From Candidatus Heimdallarchaeota archaeon (GTDB lineage Archaea > Asgardarchaeota > Heimdallarchaeia > Heimdallarchaeales > Kariarchaeaceae), in assembly GCA_015523565.1 (NCBI GenBank), contig WAKA01000164.1:1-12273 (forward strand): a stretch of DNA of 12,273 nucleotides, in the 5' to 3' direction. Within the stretch, counting starts at the first letter, position 1. Each line of letters begins with the position of its first letter. The notes beneath the pieces were generated by a model. The model saw only the letters and a program-made list of their open reading frames with translations. It searched no databases and was not told the DNA's origin. Below are positions 1 to 6,437 of this stretch, in pieces. Both the position numbers and the translations under genes were made by a program.

Positions 1-185
1 GTCAATATCAACAATAGTATAAGAATAAGGCATGCGCTTCAACTTCCTGAAGCAAAAGGATAGTATGCCAACAATCAAAATGATATGTTACTTGCAGGAT
101 CTGTGTATTCAAGATTTCGAGATTGATAAGATAAAGAACATAGAAGATTTGGAAAAAATAATTGTCTCCCCTCCTTGCAATTTAC

Positions 186-190
186 AAAAA
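186..190 (-). terminator. Oligo-T terminator directly after the tRNA
   Basis: TTTTT on the minus strand immediately follows discriminator A73. Confidence 0.6.
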
Positions 191-338
191 TCGGAGCTGG
201 GGGATTTGAACCCCCGACCTGTCGGTACCTGTTTTTGTACCAATAATCGTCAGCTGATGTTCATTTCACTGGGCATTGCCCTCTAGAACTGGTTTTCGAC
301 CTACAGCCGACCGCTCTGCCAGTCTGAGCTAAGCTCCG
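191..338 (-). tRNA. tRNA-Tyr(GUA) with a 74-nt intron at canonical position 37/38 (exons 338-301 and 226-191)
   Basis: Reverse complement folds as a cloverleaf: acceptor CGGAGCT/AGCTCCG with discriminator A (C1:G72 and A73 are archaeal/eukaryal Tyr identity elements), D arm GCTC-AGACTGGCA-GAGC, anticodon stem GTCGG/CCGAC with loop CT-GTA-G|A, T arm GGGGG-TTCAAAT-CCCCC. CCA is not encoded. Confidence 0.96.
227..300 (-). other. Archaeal tRNA intron with bulge-helix-bulge splice motif
   Basis: CTGT (tRNA 32-35) pairs with intronic ACAG, giving 3-nt bulges AG|G and GT|A at the expected cleavage sites. The helix on the intron side is weak (relaxed BHB). Confidence 0.9.
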
Positions 339-383
339 GACAAGAACCGTAGTTCTTTTCAATTTTCTTTTCTGATGATTGAC

Positions 384-400
384 ATATAACTTATTTGTTA
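384..400 (-). promoter_or_regulatory. Putative BRE/TATA promoter of tRNA-Tyr
   Basis: Minus strand reads AACAAATAAG-TTATAT (TATA at 389-384). Spacing predicts a start near G360 and a ~22-nt leader. Confidence 0.55.
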
Positions 401-474
401 ATGTCGTTGTTTATTTTTCAAAAGGTTTTGATAGTTTGGGGAGATTGCTATGTTTGTACAATACCTTAACTAAA

Positions 475-494
475 TTTTCATTCATTTTCATTCA
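475..494. repeat. Tandem direct repeat TTTTCATTCA x2, with a third exact copy at 711-720
   Basis: Exact 10-mer at 475-484, 485-494 and 711-720. Confidence 0.7.
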
Positions 495-555
495 ATTACT
501 TTAAAGACCCTTCATGTGAAATAATTTTAACATCAACATTTTTGGTTGTTCTCTT

Positions 556-571
556 CGAAAGATTTATTATA
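556..571 (+). promoter_or_regulatory. Putative BRE/TATA promoter with no convincing downstream CDS
   Basis: CGAAAGA-TTTATTATA about 25 nt upstream of the GC-rich hairpin starting at 592. Confidence 0.45.
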
Positions 572-590
572 TTCCCTGAGAATTATAACA

Positions 591-681
591 TGCAGCCATC
601 TGATCTTTTTTTAGGTGGCTGCCTCCCTCCCCCCACATTAATTTCAATGAGTTTATACCATTACCCCAATTCAATTTTTTT
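591..681 (+). ncRNA. Candidate small RNA: 12-bp hairpin, C-rich tract, oligo-T end
   Basis: GCAGCCATCTGA (592-603) pairs with TTAGGTGGCTGC (611-622) using two G-U pairs that work only on the + strand. Followed by a C-rich tract (622-636) and T7 (675-681). Promoter-like element upstream. Confidence 0.4.
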
Positions 682-749
682 GTAACAAGCCCATTTTTCC
701 ATGAGGGTTTTTTTCATTCAGGAAAACAATTTACATTCTGATTTAAATG

Positions 750-1316
750 TCATGTCAGGAAAATAAATAACCCTGCCATAACAAAGAGTGTTGCAGCAAT
801 AAATTTTAGGTATTTTTCAGGGACTTTTTTGATAAGTGCGTCCCCTATGATTGCAGTTAGGAAAAGTATTGTTGCCATCCCCAAAATCGCACCAAAAAAA
901 ACTTCCCAGAAGTTTCCAGAAAGGGATTGTGCAATTACGAATAATTGGCTTTTGTCGCCCAATTCTGCAATTGCGACGAAAGAGATTGCAGAAAGAAATG
1001 GATTTTTGATGGTAGGTTTTTCCTGTTGACCTTCCCCTTCATGATTTAATGCCTCCTTGAATGTCAAAAGTCCAAGCAACAGAAAAAGTGATCCTGCCAC
1101 AATTCTAGTAATATAAGGATCAATGTTTTTCGAGATTAAAGCGGCAATTGCAATACCAACAATAGTTGTTAATGTAATACCTATTGTGGCCCCTAATGCT
1201 ACAGTAAATGGCTTTTTTGTTCTTGACATTATTGAAAGCGCGACAAGTTGTGTCTTGTCACCGAATTCCGCAAGGAGCATTATTGTGTACGTGGCAATAA
1301 ATATTGTAAAAGGCAT
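750..1316 (-). CDS. GDT1/TMEM165 (UPF0016) family Mn2+/Ca2+ transporter
   Basis: Two copies of the family motif E-x-G-D-K-[TS] (AEFGDKTQ, AELGDKSQ), about six hydrophobic segments in two repeats and a polar central loop; 188 aa. Confidence 0.95.
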   Translation of the reverse strand: MPFTIFIATYTIMLLAEFGDKTQLVALSIMSRTKKPFTVALGATIGITLTTIVGIAIAALISKNIDPYITRIVAGSLFLLLGLLTFKEALNHEGEGQQEKPTIKNPFLSAISFVAIAELGDKSQLFVIAQSLSGNFWEVFFGAILGMATILFLTAIIGDALIKKVPEKYLKFIAATLFVMAGLFIFLT

Positions 1317-1339
1317 TAATGCAGGGTCTGAAAGTCAAC

Positions 1340-1354
1340 TATAAAGTTTTTCTA
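1340..1354 (-). promoter_or_regulatory. Putative BRE/TATA for a leaderless GDT1 transcript
   Basis: Minus strand reads AGAAAAAC-TTTATA, ending ~24 nt before the ATG at 1316. Confidence 0.55.
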
Positions 1355-1494
1355 AAAAAATAGAAACTAATAAATACGTATTTGCTTTTTCAAATCATTT
1401 CATGCAATGAATTTGTCAAGAATTTTATTGGAAAAGAAAAAGATTGCTTTCTTTAAGGCAAGCAAATATAAGGAAGCATTATCATATTGTTGGT

Positions 1495-1659
1495 ATGGAC
1501 AATTGCCATATTTGTGGGAATAAGTGCAAAACAATGGAAGTGATGATTCCATTGGAAACGGGTGAATTAGTACCTGTGCACCCCAGATGCCTTGAACACC
1601 TGTTTTTAAAGTCATATCGTTCTTGTGGAGGATGTGATGGAAATGCGGGATGCTGTTAA
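1495..1659 (+). CDS. 54-aa Cys-rich metal-binding microprotein (CxxC...HxxC finger plus CGGC-x5-CC tail)
   Basis: MDNCHICGNKC...VHPRCLEH...SCGGCDGNAGCC. ATG 1495 is preferred over TTG 1444 because a TATA-like AAATATAA lies at 1464-1471 (leaderless spacing). It sits 11 nt upstream of the next gene. Confidence 0.75.
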   Translation: MDNCHICGNKCKTMEVMIPLETGELVPVHPRCLEHLFLKSYRSCGGCDGNAGCC

Positions 1660-1670
1660 GCAAACTTTAA

Positions 1671-2069
1671 GTGAATTATAACAAAAATGAATTAGTGCTT
1701 ACAAAAACCTGTCCTAAATGTGAATCTAGAATTCCTGTTAAAGCCAAGTTCTGCCCAAAATGTGGAGAACCATTGTTGGCGGAAGCTGGAAGAAGATGTC
1801 CAAAATGCAAGCGGATATTGAAGCCAGACGCAAAATTCTGTCCATCATGTGGAACACGTATCAAGGAAGCTGGTTTTACAAAAATGAGGCATTTATATGC
1901 ACCAGAGGGAGTAAAGCACAAATGCATGATTTGTTCCCAAGAAATAGATATTGATTTAATTTTCTGCCCGTCTTGTGTGAATCCATTCCATTATAGTCAT
2001 CTTATAAACTGGTTGCTGAAGGAAAAGAAATGTCCAGTCTGCCGAACAAAACTGGAATTCATTGACTGA
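1671..2069 (+). CDS. Double zinc ribbon (x2) plus C-terminal RING-variant protein; putative ubiquitin E3 ligase
   Basis: Two repeats CPKC-x10-CP[KS]CG, then C85xxC88-x10-C99xxC102-x4-H107xxH110-x3-W114-x6-C121xxC124-R125. The GTG start is uncertain. Confidence 0.85.
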   Translation: MNYNKNELVLTKTCPKCESRIPVKAKFCPKCGEPLLAEAGRRCPKCKRILKPDAKFCPSCGTRIKEAGFTKMRHLYAPEGVKHKCMICSQEIDIDLIFCPSCVNPFHYSHLINWLLKEKKCPVCRTKLEFID

Positions 2070-3429
2070 AGACCTTGCCAAGCATCATTTTTGAGAGGCT
2101 CTCAATCCCCTCGGCTAAAATTGGATGACCATAGACCATATTTGCCAGTTCTTTCCAGCCCATTCCGTTGTCCATGGCAAGAATGACCATTTGCACAAGA
2201 CTAGCAGTTCTTACACCCCATAGATGGACGCCAAGGATTTCATTCGATCCCTTTAAGCCAATTCCCTTAAGGAAACCTGTCCAATCTCCAACAATCATGG
2301 ACTTTCCAAGCCATTTGTTATAGAAACGCACAACAACAACTTTTTCTTCCCCATATTTCTCTTTTGCCTGTTTCTCTGTCAATCCAGTTGATCCCAGCTC
2401 AGGTCTAGTGAATGTGAGTCTAGGAATGTTTGGTTTTTGAAGTGGTTCCCAAAGGTCAGATGGTTCCTTGCTTTTTTTAAGGTTATTGAGAACTACACCA
2501 GCTTGCCAAGCAGCCCAATTGGTGAACATTGGATTACCCGTAACATCCCCTACTGCAAAAATGTGGGGTTGGCTGGTTTGCATGTATTTATTGACTACAA
2601 TTGCACGTTTTTCAGTTTTTACACCAGCGGCATCAAGATTAAGGTCACGGGTTCTTGGAACCCTGCCAGTTGCAACAAGAAGGTAGTCACCATGATATTC
2701 TCCTTTATTGGGACCATCATTGAGGATGACGGTAAATTTTGTTTTGCCATTTTCTTTGCTTTCACGAACTTCGTCCACAAATTTCCCTGTGAAAATGGTT
2801 ATGCCTTCATTTTGAAGATGATCCCTTATAGCATCTGCGACTTCTTCATCCTCTCCAGGCAAAATATGGGGAAGTCCTTCAAAGATTGTCACCTTTACAC
2901 CTAAAGTATTGAATGCTTGACCGAATTCAAGCCCAATTCTCCCACCACCAATGATTAGCATGTGTTCAGGGAGATTATCAAGATCCAAGGTATGTTTTGA
3001 AGTCTTGTAATTGACTTCTTTAAGTCCCTTGATTGGAGGGATTGCAGGTTCACTTCCTGTGGCAATAACAATCTTGTCTGCTGAATATTGTTCTCCGTTT
3101 ACCTCCAAGGTATGCTCATCGACAAACTTGGCGAAACCATTGATTACTACAGTGCCAACTTTTTCACGTGCATTTCTTAGGGTTCCATCATGAATTCGTT
3201 TGACAATTTTATCCTTAAGTTCTTTGGCATCCTTGAAGTTATGGGTATTGTGTGCCGCTTCAACAATTGCTTTTGTTGGAATGCAACCAGTGTTTATGCA
3301 TGTCCCACCGAAATGATGATCCACATCAGCCTCTATTATTGCAGTTTTCCATCCTGCTCTTTTCAGTCCAACTGCAATCTTCCTGCCTGATGAACCACTG
3401 CCTATTGAAATAAGATCGAAATGTTCCAT
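2059..3429 (-). CDS. Class I pyridine nucleotide-disulfide oxidoreductase, RclA/MerA/dihydrolipoamide dehydrogenase-like
   Basis: FAD motif GSGSSG, redox disulfide GGTCINTGCIPTK, ATGS, NAD motif GGGRIGLE followed by VTIFE, GDVTG and C-terminal HPILAE dyad. ATG at 3429 (MEHFDLISIG, 456 aa) fits the family N-terminus better than 3471. Confidence 0.92.
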   Translation of the reverse strand: MEHFDLISIGSGSSGRKIAVGLKRAGWKTAIIEADVDHHFGGTCINTGCIPTKAIVEAAHNTHNFKDAKELKDKIVKRIHDGTLRNAREKVGTVVINGFAKFVDEHTLEVNGEQYSADKIVIATGSEPAIPPIKGLKEVNYKTSKHTLDLDNLPEHMLIIGGGRIGLEFGQAFNTLGVKVTIFEGLPHILPGEDEEVADAIRDHLQNEGITIFTGKFVDEVRESKENGKTKFTVILNDGPNKGEYHGDYLLVATGRVPRTRDLNLDAAGVKTEKRAIVVNKYMQTSQPHIFAVGDVTGNPMFTNWAAWQAGVVLNNLKKSKEPSDLWEPLQKPNIPRLTFTRPELGSTGLTEKQAKEKYGEEKVVVVRFYNKWLGKSMIVGDWTGFLKGIGLKGSNEILGVHLWGVRTASLVQMVILAMDNGMGWKELANMVYGHPILAEGIESLSKMMLGKVFSQ

Positions 3430-3546
3430 GTGCTTATTTGGATGTTCTCCTTTTTGTATTAGTAGTAACAAATTCAGAACATTGCTAAGATTTGGAATTA
3501 AGAGAAAAATTGCGATTTCATACCATTATTTTTTAACTAAAAGGGG

Positions 3547-5754
3547 ATGATGAAATTAATGCTTACAGGTGTAGATTTGAGGGTTCTTGTACATGAAATG
3601 GAGGAATCGGTCTCAAGAAGCTGGATCACAAACATATATCAATTACCATCAGGAATATTCATTTTTAAGTTAAGGGATCCAAAAAAAGGGACGTATTTTC
3701 TCTTGATTGAGCCTGGCAAAAGAATTCATCTTACTCAATTTAACAGGGAAATGCCGCCAGAACCGCCAAATTTCTGTAAGCAATTGCGATCGCATTTAAG
3801 AGACAAAAGAATCAATTGGATCAAACAAAGGCATATCGATAGAATTGTGGAAATGAATATAGGACCAGACCCTGGTTATACATTTGTTGTTGAATTGTTT
3901 GGTGAAGGAAATCTGATTCTTGTTTCTCCCAATAATAAAATCTTGGCAGCGCTTCGATATCGGAAAATGAGAGATCGAGATATCCATCCAGGCAGGGAAT
4001 TTGTCCAGATGCCTCCTGCACCCATGGATATTCTTAGAGAAGGAATAGATCATTTTGATGAGATAGTTTCCACAGAAACAAAAATAGTAGTGGCATTGAA
4101 CAAGATATTGGGTCTGGGGCCTGTTTATTCCAGATATGTATTACAAGAGGTTGGCATTACCAAAAAAAAGATTGCAGATCTTTCAGAAAAAGAACTTGAA
4201 GCAATCAAGGAAGAATGCTTTAAACTCAAAACTAGGCTTGTTGAACATAGATATCAACCAATAGTTTATTTGGAGCCTGATGAGGATATTGAAATAGAAC
4301 CTGACCAAAGAGAGGATGAGGAGAACATTGAGCTGGAACAGGAAGAAGTTATTGAAGTAAAGGAATATGATGACCAATGGTCTGATGATGCGCTTCCATT
4401 TAATCCTGAAAGGGTCATCAAGATATTGCCTTGGCCACAAGGATTTATTGAAGGTGCAGAACTGTATTATCCTGACACATTAAATCTTGCACATGATGTA
4501 TTTTTCTCCTCACAAGAAGATCAATCATATCTGATTGAAGATGCAGTGGTTCTTGAGACGGAAGCGGATAGGTTAAAAAGAAGGCTGGAACAGCAACGAT
4601 TGCATCAGCAGAGCATGTTTGAGAAAGCGGAGACCGAACGCAAGAAGGCAGATGCAATTTATGGATCTTTTGCAGAGGTTTCTGAACTGATTTCTACGAT
4701 TTACAATGCAAGGAAGAAAAAAATCCCTTGGGAAACAATTGAGGAAAAGCTGATGTTTGCAAAAGAGAAAGGGATGAAATCAGCAAGGATTTTCAAGGAA
4801 CTAAAACCAAAAAATGGGACAATTATTGTTGAGTTACCTTTTGAAGAAGAGATTTTAACTGTTGAGCTTGACTTTACCAAACAAATAACAGAAATTGCCA
4901 ATTCAATGTATGAAAATGCAAAGAAAATGGAAAGAAAGGCAGTAGGGGCAAACAAGGCCATTGAGATGACACTTGAGAAGATAAAAGAAGCAGAGGCGAC
5001 TGCAAGCGAAATGAGAAAAGATGCGGCAAAAGAAGTCACTGTTTTGAGAAGAAGAAAGAGATGGTATGAAAAATGGCATTGGACCTTAGCTCCTGACGGA
5101 ACCATAATCATTGGAGGATTGGATGCAAGGACGAATGAACAGCTTGTTAAAAGATATTTAGAAGCAGAAGATTACTTTCTCCATGCAGACCTTGTGGGTG
5201 CCCCATTCGTCATCATAAAAGCAAACGGAAAGGAGCCGAATGAAACAACAGCATTGGCCGCAGCAACAATTGGAGTTTCATATTCCTCTGCTTGGAAGTC
5301 AAAGAGGGTAGTAGCAGATGCATATATTGTAAGCCCAGACCAAGTCTCTCTTCAGGCACCGTCAGGAGAATTCCTCCCAAAAGGCGGTATTATGATCTAT
5401 GGAGAGAAAAGATATGTAAGAAACGTCCCTGTTGAAATTTACATTGGATTAATAATTGAGAATCATTGGGCAAGACTAGTAGCAGGAACAAAGGCAGTGA
5501 TTGATTCTCAACCTTGTTCTGCATATGTGCGTCTGGTGCCAGGGGATATATCCCGTGGGAAAATTGCAAAACACATCAGGGGTATGTTTTCAAGAGTTGG
5601 AAAACAAGAAGACTCACGTAAAATATTGGCGCTGGATGTAAGCGAGTTTTCAAAAATAGTTCCAGGATCATCAGAGATTAAGGAATTTGTTGATTTAGGG
5701 TTGAAAAACGATACAGTTAAATCGACAGGACATCAGTCATCTCAAGAAGACTAG
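3547..5754 (+). CDS. rqcH: Ribosome quality-control factor Rqc2/NEMF/RqcH (NFACT family, archaeal/eukaryote type)
   Basis: NFACT-N motifs (GVDL, IDRIV, VELFGEGNLIL, GLGPVY), coiled coils flanking a middle domain, and NFACT-R (WYEKWHW, GGLDARTNEQLVKRY, FLHADLVGAP, APSGEFLPKGG). The second ATG at 3550 is an equally plausible start. Confidence 0.95.
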   Translation: MMKLMLTGVDLRVLVHEMEESVSRSWITNIYQLPSGIFIFKLRDPKKGTYFLLIEPGKRIHLTQFNREMPPEPPNFCKQLRSHLRDKRINWIKQRHIDRIVEMNIGPDPGYTFVVELFGEGNLILVSPNNKILAALRYRKMRDRDIHPGREFVQMPPAPMDILREGIDHFDEIVSTETKIVVALNKILGLGPVYSRYVLQEVGITKKKIADLSEKELEAIKEECFKLKTRLVEHRYQPIVYLEPDEDIEIEPDQREDEENIELEQEEVIEVKEYDDQWSDDALPFNPERVIKILPWPQGFIEGAELYYPDTLNLAHDVFFSSQEDQSYLIEDAVVLETEADRLKRRLEQQRLHQQSMFEKAETERKKADAIYGSFAEVSELISTIYNARKKKIPWETIEEKLMFAKEKGMKSARIFKELKPKNGTIIVELPFEEEILTVELDFTKQITEIANSMYENAKKMERKAVGANKAIEMTLEKIKEAEATASEMRKDAAKEVTVLRRRKRWYEKWHWTLAPDGTIIIGGLDARTNEQLVKRYLEAEDYFLHADLVGAPFVIIKANGKEPNETTALAAATIGVSYSSAWKSKRVVADAYIVSPDQVSLQAPSGEFLPKGGIMIYGEKRYVRNVPVEIYIGLIIENHWARLVAGTKAVIDSQPCSAYVRLVPGDISRGKIAKHIRGMFSRVGKQEDSRKILALDVSEFSKIVPGSSEIKEFVDLGLKNDTVKSTGHQSSQED

Positions 5755-6401
5755 AGAAAGGCAATTGAAAGCCCAACAAAAATGCCGACAAGAAACAATC
5801 CAATACTGAACCATACAATGTTTGTTTCCAATGATTTAATATATTCATCCCGCCCTTGTTCAACTGTTAATCTTCTGACTTGAATCGGATTGTTTTCTAT
5901 TTCAAGCAGTTCCTCATCTGAAAAATCCATGATGTCATAAAATGTGAATGCATTTTTGTTGCTTCGGATCTTACCATCCAAGGAAGAGAGTTGCAACTCA
6001 ATTACAGTCTGGTTTTTGAAATCTTTAATGGTATACTCTTTTTCAAAGACACCATTCTCAAATTCAATTTCTTCAATTGGAACGCCATTAGCCAATAATA
6101 AGGCTTTTTTGAGGGAGGGATCCCTTGCAAAAGCAGAAATGACAACTTTGTTGTAGTAGGAACTTCCAGAACGGGGATAGTAAAGAATAATGTCGTAGAT
6201 TTTTCGGTACCGACCAGGTCCAATACATCCTGCAATAGTGAAAATAAGACCAGCAGAACCAAATGTAACTAAACTAACAGGAAAATCAGAGCCTGCTGGA
6301 TAGAAAAATTTCCAGATGAGGAATACTACAAATGCTACAAGGATAGTAAGTCCAGAACCAACTAAAAGACCATATTCGAACTGCTTCCTGTCAAATGCCA
6401 T
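5751..6401 (-). CDS. Hypothetical membrane protein (two N-terminal TM segments, ~130-aa soluble domain, one C-terminal TM segment)
   Basis: 216-aa ORF with clear hydrophobic segments. Its stop overlaps the Rqc2 stop in the palindrome CTAG (5751-5754). Confidence 0.85.
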   Translation of the reverse strand: MAFDRKQFEYGLLVGSGLTILVAFVVFLIWKFFYPAGSDFPVSLVTFGSAGLIFTIAGCIGPGRYRKIYDIILYYPRSGSSYYNKVVISAFARDPSLKKALLLANGVPIEEIEFENGVFEKEYTIKDFKNQTVIELQLSSLDGKIRSNKNAFTFYDIMDFSDEELLEIENNPIQVRRLTVEQGRDEYIKSLETNIVWFSIGLFLVGIFVGLSIAFL

Positions 6402-6437
6402 ATATTCCGTACCCTTTGGAAAGTAAAAAAGCTAAGG

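Noticed and set aside
32-286. 84-aa + strand ORF
   Set aside because: Runs antisense through the tRNA and has no recognisable motif; the window edge prevents assigning 1-190.
590-685. 31-codon ORF MQPSDLFLGGC... starting at the predicted start site
   Set aside because: No protein motif and the sequence is better explained by RNA structure, though a leaderless peptide cannot be fully excluded.
1317-1400. yybP-ykoY Mn riboswitch upstream of the GDT1 gene
   Set aside because: TATA spacing implies a leaderless mRNA and the region is too AT-rich to form that structure.
2000-2061. Selenocysteine read-through of the reductase TGA stop (thioredoxin-reductase style)
   Set aside because: No Gly-Cys-Sec-Gly context, the read-through lies antisense to the RING gene, and no SECIS was recognised.
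2059-3429. Calling the reductase merA or lpdA
   Set aside because: It has no C-terminal Cys pair or NmerA domain and no dehydrogenase-complex neighbours.
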